Assembly (NCBI GenBank): GCA_963796965.1
Contig: CAWCNS010000004.1
Span: forward strand, 160,001-224,000
Reading direction: 5' to 3'
DNA from: Calditrichia bacterium
GTDB lineage: Bacteria > Calditrichota > Calditrichia > JAJRVZ01
Length of the DNA stretch: 64,000 nt
Below, piece after piece: positions 23,309-34,160 of this stretch. The notes beneath the pieces were generated by a model. The model saw only the letters and a program-made list of their open reading frames with translations. It had not been told where the DNA came from and ran no database searches. Numbering within the stretch: position 1 is the first letter of the stretch; each line of letters starts with the position of its first letter. The position numbers and the translations under genes are program-made.

Positions 23309-23524
23309 ATGGACTTAAAAGCAGAAAAAATAAAGAGCGCTAAGATCAATAAGGTATTGGGTCTGTTTATACTATTTTTTGGCCTTGTTATAATGGTGGC
23401 TATCGTTTTTACAGAAACTGAAATCGGTCAAATGACCAATCTGGTTGCTGGGGTCATTCTGGTATTAATTGGTGGTGGGATGTTGATACAATCTATGAAA
23501 AAATTAAAAGGCCTTGTCGAATGA
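23309..23524 (+). CDS. Small 2-TM membrane protein
   Basis: Two TM helices; ATGA overlap with the downstream GDPD gene. Confidence 0.7.
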   Translation: MDLKAEKIKSAKINKVLGLFILFFGLVIMVAIVFTETEIGQMTNLVAGVILVLIGGGMLIQSMKKLKGLVE

Positions 23525-24348
23525 AAAAAAGAAATACGACGGTTATCCTAATTCTTATACCAATCATAATGGTAGTAATAATTTTATTTTCGTGCGCGAA
23601 TAATAAAGTTGAATTTGTGGCGCATCGCGGTGCGTCCCATGATGCCCCGGAAAACACGCTTGCAGCCTTTGATCTGGCCTGGCAACAGGGTGCTGATGCC
23701 ATCGAAGGTGATTTTTATCTAACCAATGATAATGCCATCGTTTGTATTCATGACAAAACAACAAAACGACTGGCTAATTCAGACTTGGTGGTTGCTGAGT
23801 CAAGTCTTGAACAATTAAAAGAACTGGATGTTGGTTCATGGAAGGATCCAAAATGGCGGGGTGAAAAAATACCAACCATCAAAGAAGTATTAGCAACCGT
23901 CCCCAATGGTAAGAAAATATTTATAGAAATCAAATGCGGTCCTGAAATCGTCCCTGAGCTTAAAAAAAGTTTGTCTGTAAGCGAGCTGAGTTCAGATCAG
24001 ACTGTTGTAATCTCATTTGATCAGGAGGTCATCCGGCAAGTTAAACGACAAATTCCTCAAATAAAGGCTTTTTGGTTAACCGGTTTTCGCAAAAACGAAG
24101 ATACCGGGGAATGGACACCGACCTTAGATACGATCCATGAAATACTTAGTGATATAAAAGCAGATGGGTTAGATTGTCGCGCCGGGGAAGTGGTCACATC
24201 TTCTTTTGTAAAATCACTCAAGGATGCTCATTTAGAGATGCATGTCTGGACGGTTGATGATCCGGATGAGGCGCAACGATTAAAAGATATTGGTGTTCAG
24301 TCCATTACCACAAACCGACCGGGTTGGTTGAAGGAACAGTTACAATAA
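23521..24348 (+). CDS. Glycerophosphodiester phosphodiesterase family lipoprotein
   Basis: Lipobox LFSC; AHRGAS, PENT, EGD, CIHD, FIEIK, VWTVD, ITTNRP. Confidence 0.9.
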   Translation: MKKRNTTVILILIPIIMVVIILFSCANNKVEFVAHRGASHDAPENTLAAFDLAWQQGADAIEGDFYLTNDNAIVCIHDKTTKRLANSDLVVAESSLEQLKELDVGSWKDPKWRGEKIPTIKEVLATVPNGKKIFIEIKCGPEIVPELKKSLSVSELSSDQTVVISFDQEVIRQVKRQIPQIKAFWLTGFRKNEDTGEWTPTLDTIHEILSDIKADGLDCRAGEVVTSSFVKSLKDAHLEMHVWTVDDPDEAQRLKDIGVQSITTNRPGWLKEQLQ

Positions 24349-24420
24349 TCCATTCTTATTGGGGAGACAGGTTACCGCAAACGGAGACCATATATCGTTT
24401 AGAAATTCTTTTTTTAATGT

Positions 24421-24606
24421 ATCCTCTACGAGGATGAGAAATATAGGACCTGCAAGTTTTACAATATTTTATCTTCTACGAAGATCGGCTAAGCATTGGA
24501 GATGCAAGATTTAAGTAGTAAAATAAAATTCATTTAAAACCTCGAAGAGGTTTTATTTTTGTAGTAACGACCATAAACCCAAAATACATAATCCTTGTAG
24601 AGGATT
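24421..24606. repeat. Cluster of four short related palindromes between convergent genes
   Basis: atcctctacgaggat (24421), atcttctacgaagat (24471), aaaacctcgaagaggtttt (24536), aatccttgtagaggatt (24590). Confidence 0.65.
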
Positions 24607-24775
24607 AATTACTCGTGAATCTCCCCTGTTTTAATAGTCATATTTCTTTAGACAAATGCCAATTATTCTAAATCGCGAATAACGTGTCATGTGTTCTGAT
24701 TGCAATTTCCCAATTCTCAGGGCCGAAACCAAATATTGCATCTGCTGTCACATTGCTTATTTCCTAAAAGCAATC

Positions 24776-27373
24776 TCAGGTTAACGAGGGGATATTCCAT
24801 CCTTCAACCTTCAACTCTGGTATATCACCTTTTAGATCCTTCGTTGAGAAAGTCCCCTTTAATACCCGATTTTCCCCCGGGAGTAATGTAACATAATTGT
24901 CATCCCAGTATACAGGTATGATTCTGTTACCATCTTTTTTGCCAATGAGGATAATCTCGTTGAAGAATGAGATCTTGTCAGTTGAATTTGTCAATTCCAC
25001 TGTAATGAATTGCTCATTCTCGATCTGATCAAATCTATGATTAATATCTAAAGTTGTCATGGGCAGCTCATTTAATAGCGTAAGATCGGCAAATTCTTTT
25101 GTAGGTGTATAGAAAGCAAAATCATCAAATTTATAGTCATAGTCAAGGACGTCAGATTTTATTGAAAGCCAGTAAAAATTAATACCTACCTCCTCCTCTT
25201 TTTCATCGATTAGTCGCAGGTCAAGAAAATAGGTGGTGGATAAATTATTAATTTTTGGTAATGAAAATAAGAGGGTGCTTGACTCTTTTGGTATGTTAAT
25301 ATCGGTGGTTTGATGGAGGATTAACTCAGAGTTTATATTAAACAGTCGTATTTCCGCTTTATAATTTTTTATTGGGTGTGAAAAGTCATTTACAATAAAA
25401 ATTGCATCATCTCCATAGTGATAGAGTAAATGGAGAGGTTCACAGGCCTTTTTTGTACCATAGTAGGCACCATTCGGGATGAGATAATAGTCGTATAACT
25501 GCCAGTACATGGCAGGCCAGGCAGAATTTAGCATCCATTGAATAATCCCGGTCGCTTTGTCTTTGTGGGCTTGGAAAGCCTCGAACATGGGACGCATTAA
25601 CTCGTAGTTCATTAACTGTGACTTTTTAACAAAGTCATCAATATCGACAGCTTTTCCGTAACGATTATCAATTGCTTCTTTAAAAAGATCAAGCATACCA
25701 AACTCATGTAAAGCGCAGTGATAATCCCATACATTATCAATTGGCCAGCGATTTTCAGCTGGAATCATTTTTTTAATACTATCGAGCGGGGGTACATTCC
25801 CACCGGGACAGGTTTCTGTGTTAAATCCATAGGCGCCTCCTAAATGGGTATTGGTAAACCAATATACAGGAGGTGTGTGATCATATGGGCCAAGCATCTT
25901 AACACCGGATGATCCGCTGATATCGCTTATGATCTCAGTTTTTGTTATAATGTTTTGATCACTACCCACGCCCCCAGTAGAGTTCAAATAGGCCCGGGTC
26001 GAATCATAGTTTTCAAAAGTTTTGAAGTATTTTTTTTCCAGGTCAGGGTGGGGAACCATATCGCTACCCACTGACCATACAAAAATGCTCGGATGGTTGC
26101 GCAGCCAAATGACCTGATCCTCCCATGATCTGGCAATCAGATCAATTTCCTCTGGTTCTGTAATACCACCATATCGGGGATCAACGGGTTTCCCCAGGTG
26201 TAATTCGTGCTCCCAGTGACAGCTCCAGCCGGCCATTATCAAAATTCCATTTTTATCACATAAGTCAAAAAGAGTATGGTCTTTCCCCCATAATCCTTCC
26301 AGACGAATACAATTGAGGTTCATTTGTTTTACATAATTTATTTGGATCTCCAGGGATTCTGCCGTATCACCAAGAAATATTTCGTCGGTCCAGCCAGCAC
26401 CTTTTATCAAAGTTTTTTTACCATTGATGATAAATCCGCGGTGACCCTCCTTGCTGAGATAATCATCAACAGATCGAATACCGAAGGTCTGGTTTATGGC
26501 ATGGGTGATGTTGTCCGCACGAATAAACGACATGGACAGTTCGTAGAGATTTGGCTCACCAAGATTATTAGGCCACCATATTCGGGGATTCTCTAAATGA
26601 AGCTGGGGGAAATTTTCCACTTCGAATTGGATAAGACGTTTTTCACCCGCAGATAATGTAATTGTCTGTTCGAATTGAATATCCTCGATTACTCCCTGAA
26701 GAATTCCGGAAGTCTCCTTTTCTGAATAATTTACTAATTCTGCACTCACTTTAAGGTCAGCTGAATTGAGGGTCACCACATCGATTTTGGTTTCTATAAA
26801 AGGGTTCTCAATGTGGACGTCATCAAAAAAATGAAGGTTTACTGGTCGGAAGATACCCATGTTACGATCAGGCGGATGGGGATTCCAATCCACGAAACCG
26901 ATGGAAAATTCACCAGGCTCAGGTGGATAAACTTCGAGTGCTAAAATATTAAATCCCTCAATAAGATAATCCGTAATATCAAATTGAAAGCGGCGATAGG
27001 GTCCCTCCACTGTTTTGGGATCAGCCAATAGTAAGCCGTTCAACCATATGGAGGCTTTATAATTAATTCCATCAAAAGAAATAATACATTTTTTTGAAAG
27101 TTGATCTTTATGAATTTCAAACTTTTTTCTAAACCACCAACTAATCTCAAAGGGTTCCCGGGAAATCTTTTTCAAATTATCACCCACAAAGATCTCAGGA
27201 TACAATCCATTCTCCATCAGCGTATTCATTACAGTTCCTGGGACCGTTGATAGATACCAATCAATGGTTTTAAATCCTGGAGATGAAATTTCCTGGCCGT
27301 CAACTTTAATTTTATCTGAACTAATAATTTCCCAACCCATATTGAGTTGACATTGAGCATCATTTTTTTGCAT
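24776..27373 (-). CDS. GH2 glycoside hydrolase, exo-beta-D-glucosaminidase (CsxA)-like
   Basis: AGGAG RBS before ATG at 27373. FDGINY, DWNPHPPD, IRLEG, RNHPS..GSD (Asp acid/base), GPYD..PPVYW and GFNTET (Glu nucleophile) match the CsxA pattern. No signal peptide. Confidence 0.85.
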   Translation of the reverse strand: MQKNDAQCQLNMGWEIISSDKIKVDGQEISSPGFKTIDWYLSTVPGTVMNTLMENGLYPEIFVGDNLKKISREPFEISWWFRKKFEIHKDQLSKKCIISFDGINYKASIWLNGLLLADPKTVEGPYRRFQFDITDYLIEGFNILALEVYPPEPGEFSIGFVDWNPHPPDRNMGIFRPVNLHFFDDVHIENPFIETKIDVVTLNSADLKVSAELVNYSEKETSGILQGVIEDIQFEQTITLSAGEKRLIQFEVENFPQLHLENPRIWWPNNLGEPNLYELSMSFIRADNITHAINQTFGIRSVDDYLSKEGHRGFIINGKKTLIKGAGWTDEIFLGDTAESLEIQINYVKQMNLNCIRLEGLWGKDHTLFDLCDKNGILIMAGWSCHWEHELHLGKPVDPRYGGITEPEEIDLIARSWEDQVIWLRNHPSIFVWSVGSDMVPHPDLEKKYFKTFENYDSTRAYLNSTGGVGSDQNIITKTEIISDISGSSGVKMLGPYDHTPPVYWFTNTHLGGAYGFNTETCPGGNVPPLDSIKKMIPAENRWPIDNVWDYHCALHEFGMLDLFKEAIDNRYGKAVDIDDFVKKSQLMNYELMRPMFEAFQAHKDKATGIIQWMLNSAWPAMYWQLYDYYLIPNGAYYGTKKACEPLHLLYHYGDDAIFIVNDFSHPIKNYKAEIRLFNINSELILHQTTDINIPKESSTLLFSLPKINNLSTTYFLDLRLIDEKEEEVGINFYWLSIKSDVLDYDYKFDDFAFYTPTKEFADLTLLNELPMTTLDINHRFDQIENEQFITVELTNSTDKISFFNEIILIGKKDGNRIIPVYWDDNYVTLLPGENRVLKGTFSTKDLKGDIPELKVEGWNIPSLT

Positions 27374-27566
27374 TATATTTACTCCTATTAAAGGAATAGA
27401 TGTGAGAGAGCAATCCAATAAAGTAAATAAGGGAATAGCATTATATTATATGTGCTTATAGGAATCTTCTGCCCTTAGTCCGGCCATCTTTCCAATAATA
27501 TATGGGGTTATATGCCAGAAAAAGTATGACAAATGTGCAGTTTTTTGAGATATTCCTGAATACAAG

Positions 27567-27612
27567 TTGCAATTAATTTAAGATTAATTTAACTTACAGG
27601 CAAACGTTTGTT
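27567..27612 (+). promoter_or_regulatory. Sigma70-type promoter with LacI-family operator upstream of fucI
   Basis: TTGCAA (27567)-17 bp-TAACTT (27590), then CAAACGTTTG at 27601-27610. Confidence 0.72.
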
Positions 27613-27857
27613 CAGAGTTTAGTTGTCTTTAATAAGATAACTGTCTATTTTGCATAAAGTTGCTGTATTGTTGATTCAGTCTTTGTTCTATGCAAATTTC
27701 GCCATTGGAAAACAGGTGATTTGTATCGGGGTGCGGAATTCTCTTAATTTTTTTGTATAGTTATCATACCAGTGTTTTATTATCCCTTCCTCCTGTTTTT
27801 CGATTAATAGTTATATAAAGAATACATCATCTATAAACATTAAATAAACAGGCATTA

Positions 27858-27871
27858 GGCAAACGATTGCC
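27858..27871. promoter_or_regulatory. Probable auxiliary LacI operator
   Basis: GGCAAACGATTGCC, one mismatch from a perfect 14-bp palindrome, 259 bp downstream of the main site. Confidence 0.6.
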
Positions 27872-27919
27872 CAATGAGTATTTATACTCGCAAAACATAT
27901 TTTATGTGGGAGTTCGGAA

Positions 27920-29735
27920 ATGAACGAAAAAACAACAGCAACCCAGAATTCACCTACTGTATTTTTAAATGAGAATCTGCCTAAAATAGGTATTAGGCCA
28001 ACTATTGATGGCCGTTTGGGTGGGGTTCGTGAATCATTAGAAGAACAAACAATGAGTATGGCCAAATCTGTTGAAGCGTTTATATCGCAAAATGTCAGAT
28101 ACCCAAATGGAAAGCCGGTAGAATGTGTTATCGCTGATACTTGTATCGGGGGCGTCGCTGAAGCAGCACAGACAGCAGAAAAATTTAAACGTGAAAACGT
28201 TGGTGTTTCCCTCACTGTTACCCCATGTTGGTGCTATGGATCAGAAACGATGGATATGGATCCTTTAATTCCAAAAGCAATTTGGGGGTTTAATGGAACT
28301 GAGCGTCCGGGCGCTGTTTATCTTGCAGCAACTCTGGCGGCACATAATCAAAAGGGTTTGCCTGCATTTGGTATATATGGGCGCGATGTCCAGGATAAAG
28401 GGGACGATTCCATTCCTAATGATGTCAGAGAAAAATTACTCACTTTTGCCAGAGCAGGTCTGTCAGTGGCATTGATGCGAGGCAAATCATATTTGGCTAT
28501 GGGTGGGGTTTCTATGGGTATTGCCGGATCAATTGTCGATAATAATTTTTTTGAAAGTTATCTTGGTATGCGCGTTGAAGCAATCGATATGACAGAGGTT
28601 GTTCGACGTATAGATGAAAAAATTTATGATGAAGACGAGTTTGAGAAAGCCCTGGCCTGGGTAAAAGAAAATTGTCCTGAAGGTAAAGATTATAATGACC
28701 CTACCATTCAGCGCACAGCTCAGCAGAAAGAAGATGATTGGGCCTTTTCTGTAAAGATGGCATTAATCGGCCGTGATCTGATGGTTGGTAATCCAAAGTT
28801 AGCAGAGAAAGGTTTTGGTGAAGAGGCCCTTGGACATAATGCCATATCAGGTGGCTTTCAAGGACAGCGCCACTGGACTGATCATTTCCCTAATGGTGAT
28901 TTTATGGAAGCTGATTTTAAATACCTCTTTCGACTGGAATGGGAAACGCACACCTTACATTTTTGCTACAGAAAATGATTCACTTAATGGCGCCTCCATG
29001 CTTTTTGGTTATTTGTTGACCAATACAGCACAAATTTTTTCAGATGTACGAACATACTGGAGCCCGGAAGCCATCAAACGTGTTACGGGGTATACTGTCG
29101 AAGGTGGTGCAAAGAATGGCTTTCTCCATCTGATAAATTCAGGCCCGACCACGCTTGATGGAAGCGGAGAACAAAGTATTGAGGGAAAACCGGCGATGAA
29201 ACCCTTTTGGGAAATTGATGACGATGAAGTCAAAAAATGTCTTAAGGCCACCAGTTGGCATGCATCTGACCTTGGGTACTTCAGAGGAGGAGGCTATTCA
29301 ACGCGTTTTAAAACCCGTGGCGATATGCCGGTAACCATGTCAAGAATTAATATTGTAAAGGGTCTTGGGCCGGCATTGCAAATTGCAGAAGGATTTACCA
29401 TTGATTTGCCTGATGAGGTACATGATACGCTCGATGATAGAACAAATCCCACTTGGCCTACAACCTGGTTTGCACCGAGGGTGACTGGCGAAGGAGCTTT
29501 CACGGATGTTTATTCCGTTATGAATAATTGGGGTGCAAATCATGGTGCGATTAGTTATGGTCATATTGGTGCAGGTTTAATTGCATTAGCCGCGATGTTA
29601 AGAATTCCCGTGTATATGCATAATGTTCCTGCAGAGAAGATCTTCCGACCAGCAGCATGGAATGCATTTGGAACTGCTGATCGTGAAGGTGCTGATTTTA
29701 GGGCATGTGAAAATTTTGGTCCACTCTACAGGTAA
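27920..29735 (+). CDS. fucI: L-fucose/D-arabinose isomerase; frameshift near 28910
   Basis: [71 protein letters not shown]. Confidence 0.93.
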
Positions 29736-29795
29736 GAAACAATTAAGAATTAAAAATACAGAATTATAAATGGCCAGGATTTAACCGTATATCTT

Positions 29796-29822
29796 GAGAC
29801 CCTGAAACAAGTTCAGGGTGAC
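29796..29822. repeat. Palindromic repeat unit GACCCTGAAACAAGTTCAGGGTGAC (may also act as a terminator or mRNA stabiliser)
   Basis: Same family as the units at 21264, 33082 and 46969. Confidence 0.75.
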
Positions 29823-30001
29823 TATTGTGTGCAGGGCGTATTTATTTTCTGAGTTTTATGAAGTATCTAAATGTAGCGAAACGATTAATCGTATCGTCAG
29901 TTCAATCATTCTTTTCTGGTTTTATTAATACTTTTTAGAGAAGAATACTTCAAACATACATAAATGTAAATAAGTACCAAAGTTAAGAATAGGAGATAAA
30001 G

Positions 30002-30970
30002 ATGAATGTAATAAAGGCAACGGCAGCGGGGGGCAATTGGCCTGTTATGATTACACCATTTAATGAAGACAAATCAATTGACTGGTCAAGTTTGGATCAG
30101 CTGATAGAATGGTATCTCGGTGCAGATATTCAGGGATTATTTGCCGTTTGCCAATCCAGTGAAATGTTTAATATGTCCAATAAAGAAAGATTGGATCTGG
30201 CTAGCCATGTGGTTAAACGGGTAGAAGGTCGCGTACCTGTTATAGCTACCGGTACCTTCCCGGACAATGAGAGTAATCAGGCTGAAATGGTTAAAAAAGT
30301 TTATGATACCGGTGTTGAATTAGTGGTTGTTCTTACAAATGTCTTTGCTGCATCTGATGAATCTGAAGATGTTTGGATAAAAAATATTGAAAAACTTTTA
30401 TCACAAACTGATGATATCCCGTTGGGGTTGTATGAATGCCCATTTCCATACAAGCGTCTGATTCCACCTGAAACTATGAAATGGGTTGTCGAGACAAATC
30501 GTTTTTTCTGGTCCAAAGATACTTCGGAAAATATTGATCAGATAAAAGAACGGTTAAAAGTGTTAGAAAACAGTAATCTGAGTCTGTACAACGCCCACAC
30601 AGGTTCGCTGTTGGAAAGTCTTGGTGTTGGTGTCGTTGGATTTGCAGGAATAGATTCTAATTATTTTCCACATTTATATTCATGGATGTGTGAGAATTGG
30701 AAAAAAGACTCTAATCTTTCAAAAGATCTGCAAGAGTTTTTTGTCTGGGCAAGAAATATCATTGATTATAAATATCCCCTATCAGCAAAAGAGTACCTGG
30801 TTCTGATTGATGTTATAAATAACTCAACAACACGTCTGGACAAAGGTATATTCGATCGGGCAGGGATTGACAATTTAAGGAGGATGTACACGGAAGTGGA
30901 GTCCTGGCATGAAAAGCTAGGCATAGAATTAACTTCCCGGATCAATAAAACCTCAAAACTTACAGTATAA
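30002..30970 (+). CDS. DapA/NanA-family (class I aldolase/lyase) protein, CQSSE subtype
   Basis: PVMITPF, AVCQSSE in place of GTTGE, LYECP (Tyr), SKDT (Schiff-base Lys); AGGAG RBS. Confidence 0.88.
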   Translation: MNVIKATAAGGNWPVMITPFNEDKSIDWSSLDQLIEWYLGADIQGLFAVCQSSEMFNMSNKERLDLASHVVKRVEGRVPVIATGTFPDNESNQAEMVKKVYDTGVELVVVLTNVFAASDESEDVWIKNIEKLLSQTDDIPLGLYECPFPYKRLIPPETMKWVVETNRFFWSKDTSENIDQIKERLKVLENSNLSLYNAHTGSLLESLGVGVVGFAGIDSNYFPHLYSWMCENWKKDSNLSKDLQEFFVWARNIIDYKYPLSAKEYLVLIDVINNSTTRLDKGIFDRAGIDNLRRMYTEVESWHEKLGIELTSRINKTSKLTV

Positions 30971-30981
30971 GGATGTCGTAA

Positions 30982-32890
30982 ATGAATAGGGATATTATTG
31001 AAAATCTGTTAAAAAAAATCCAGGAGATCAAAATTTGTGTTTATGGTGATTTTTGTCTCGATGCCTACTGGATGGTGGATCCCCGTAAATCGGAAATCTC
31101 TGTAGAGACAGGATTACAGGCAGAATCTGTTGCAAAACATAGTTATTCACTTGGTGGTGCTTCAAATGTGGTAGCTAATTTGGCTGCTCTACGACCTAAA
31201 CAAATTAAAATTTTTGGTGCAGTTGGCGATGATATCTATGGGCGGGAAATGACTGCTCAATTAAATAGACTTGGGGTTGATACGAGTGGTTTGGTTCTTC
31301 AACAGGATGAGTTTTCTACTTATGTATTTTGTAAACGAATACTTGAAGGTGAAGAACAACCGCGTTTTGATTTTGGTACCTATAATTTGCGCAGCACAGA
31401 AACGGATGACCTGATACTTGAGAATTTACGAGATAATGTTGCGGAAGCGGATATCGTTATTTTAAATCAACAGGTTCCGGAAAGTATCACCAATGATAAA
31501 TTTATTGAAGATATTAATAATCTCATTAATACCTACCCCGAGAAGTCTTTTATATTAGACTCACGCCATAAGTCTGATAAATTTAAAAATGTAATCCTCA
31601 AAACAAATGAAGTTGAATCGGCACTACTCAATGGTGTTGATGTAAATATTGATGATGTTCTACCAGTTACGGAGGTTATTAATTTCGCCCGCAATTTATT
31701 TGAAAAGAATAAGAAACCTGTAATTGTCAGTCGTGGAAACCGCGGGATTCTGGCTTATGACGAAAAAGGGGTTAGTGAAGTCTCGGGTCTTCAGTTTCTC
31801 AAAAAACTTGATACTGTTGGGGCCGGGGATACAGCACTAAGTGCTTTGGCTTGTTCATTGGCTACAGGATCTTCAATGTCTGATGCTATACACTTTGCTA
31901 ATTTTGCAGCCGGTGTTACAGTACAAAAATTGTATCAAACCGGTACAGCAAATGGTGAAGAGATACGGGCGTTGGCCGCTGATCCTGATTATATCTATCA
32001 ACCCGAACTGGCACAAGATATAAGACAGGCGGATTATTTTAAAGATAGTGAGATCGAGCTTATGTTATCCACTGAATACTATTGAAAGGGGTAGAATTAA
32101 ACATGCTGTTTTTGATCATGATGGAACCGTAAGTGCACTTCGTGAAGGATGGGAAAAAGTGATGGAACCGGTGATGGTTAAGGCAATTCTCGGCGACCAT
32201 TATGATACAGCAGATGAAACGCTCTACCATAAAGTTGTCAATCGTGTTATTGATTTTATTGATAAGTCCACAGGTATCCAAACCGTTGTTCAGATGGAAG
32301 GGTTAGTTGAGATCATTCAAGAATTTGGTCTCGTTCCCCCGGAAAAGATCCTCGATAAATTTGGATATAAGGATATATATAATGAAGCCCTGATGGAGAT
32401 GGTAAACCGGAGAATAAAAAAATTAGAAAACAATGAACTTGATGTAAGTGACTTTGCTGTAAAGGGTGCAATCAAATTTTTGAAAATTCTCAGAGAAAGA
32501 AATGTAAAACTTTATCTGGCCAGTGGAACTGATCGTGAAGATGTGATCAGAGAAGCAACGTCTATGGGGTATGCCGATCTTTTCGATGGTGGTATTTACG
32601 GAGCCATTGGTGATATTAAAAAATATTCCAAGAAAATAGTTCTTAATAATATCATAAAGGAAAATGATCTACATGGTTCAGAACTTGTAACGACGGGTGA
32701 TGGCCCTGTTGAATTACGTGAATGTAGAAAAGTGGGTGGAATTGCTGTTGGTATTGCCAGTGATGAAATTCGTCGTCATGGATTAAATAGCGAAAAAAGA
32801 ACACGGTTAATAAGAGCAGGCGCACATCTGGTCATTCCCGATTTTTCCCAGGCTGATAGATTGATTGAGTTATTGTTTGGAAGAAATTGA
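30982..32890 (+). CDS. Fusion of a PfkB/HldE(RfaE domain I)-like sugar kinase and a HAD-family phosphatase; frameshift near 32060
   Basis: YGDFCLDAYW, LGGASNV, DSR, KTNEVE, DTVGAGD; then FDHDGT and GDGPVE HAD motifs in the overlapping +1 frame, which has no convincing start of its own. Confidence 0.78.
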
Positions 32891-32910
32891 TCCTAATTGT
32901 AATTGTATTT

Positions 32911-33106
32911 TTCTCGAGAAGGCGCAAAGACGCAAAGGCATCCAATATAGGAAAAAAATATTGGTAGACCGCTATGGTCATTCTGAATCCTGACCTGTCG
33001 TCAGGGTAGGTTTAGTTCTCCTTCCAACGGAATGCCTTCGGCAGAAGGAGTCCTTTGGACAGGATCTTTTGTTCTCCAATAGATGCCGAAATAAATCCGG
33101 CATGAC
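32911..33106. repeat. Composite repeat with triple-nested mini-insertions
   Basis: CGCAAAG arm at 32911; gtcattctgaat[23 bp]ttagttc[tcc[22 bp]gaaggagtcctttggac]aggatc; partner unit gatgccgaaataaatccggcatgac ending at 33106. Confidence 0.78.
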
Positions 33107-33138
33107 TACAATGGATATTTAGAGAAGAAGGATAAATA

Positions 33139-34134
33139 ATGATCACCATTAAATGGGTATTGCTTACAATACTAATTTTAGGGATAGGTTTCTTGTCCTC
33201 CTGCAGTAATGATGGATCGCGGGAAGATATTGAATCTAAGAGTAGTACGTGGGCAGAAAAATTAGGATATCCTGCAGGTAAAAGAGTAATTATCATTCAT
33301 GCCGATGATGCGGGTATGTGTGAAGAGGCGAATATTGCCACGTTCAATTATATGACCAAAAATGAAATTCAATCCGCTGCGGGTATGCCCCCGTGTGAAT
33401 GGTTTGATGAATTTGTTGTCTGGGCGATTGAAAATCCAAATAAGGATTTAGGATTACATTTGACCTTAACAAGCGAATGGCAGAAATATCGCTGGGGACC
33501 TGTATCAAAGCCTGAATTGGTCCCAGGTCTTATTGATCCTGATGGATTTTTATGGCATGAGGTACGGGATGTTGTAGGGCATGCTTCTGCAGAAGACGTT
33601 GAAAAAGAAATACGTGCTCAGATTGAAAAAGCTATTTCACTTGGTATGAAAATTGATCATATTGATACGCATATGGGTACACTTTTTGGGACAATGGAAT
33701 ATGCTATGGCTTATATGAAGATAGCGATGGAGTATAACATCCCAGCCATGGTAATTAGTCTAAAAGATGCAAAAGTATTGAAACGATTCCAGGAACAAGG
33801 CTACCCGGTAGATGACAACACACAGAAACTCCTTTCCCAATATACCTTACCGCAATTAGATGACTTCCATTCTGTGCCTTCAGGAAAATCCTATGAAGAA
33901 AAGTTACAAAACTTTTATCAGTTGGTGAAATCGCTTAGCCCCGGTCTCACAGAAATAATCTTTCACCCGTCTGTGCAAACAGAGAATCTAAAATCAATTA
34001 CCAACTCATGGCAACAACGAGTATGGGAAGCAGAAATGTTTTCAGATCCCAAAGTGATTCAGTTTTTTAAGGATGAAGGAGTTGTATTTACCAACTGGAT
34101 TGAGATTATGGGTAGACATAGTAATAAAAAATAA
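33139..34134 (+). CDS. YdjC/ChbG-family carbohydrate deacetylase, lipoprotein
   Basis: Lipobox LSSC; IHADDAG, GLHLTLT, HIDTHMG, EIIFHP. Confidence 0.87.
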   Translation: MITIKWVLLTILILGIGFLSSCSNDGSREDIESKSSTWAEKLGYPAGKRVIIIHADDAGMCEEANIATFNYMTKNEIQSAAGMPPCEWFDEFVVWAIENPNKDLGLHLTLTSEWQKYRWGPVSKPELVPGLIDPDGFLWHEVRDVVGHASAEDVEKEIRAQIEKAISLGMKIDHIDTHMGTLFGTMEYAMAYMKIAMEYNIPAMVISLKDAKVLKRFQEQGYPVDDNTQKLLSQYTLPQLDDFHSVPSGKSYEEKLQNFYQLVKSLSPGLTEIIFHPSVQTENLKSITNSWQQRVWEAEMFSDPKVIQFFKDEGVVFTNWIEIMGRHSNKK

Positions 34135-34160
34135 CTAATACAAAAATTATAGCGGGCTAG

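Noticed and set aside
19240..32890. ADP-heptose/LPS biosynthesis cluster (gmhA + hldE)
   Set aside because: No adenylyltransferase domain, hldD or heptosyltransferase; the genes are surrounded by importers and hydrolases under a LacI operator. Not formally excluded without the rest of the genome.
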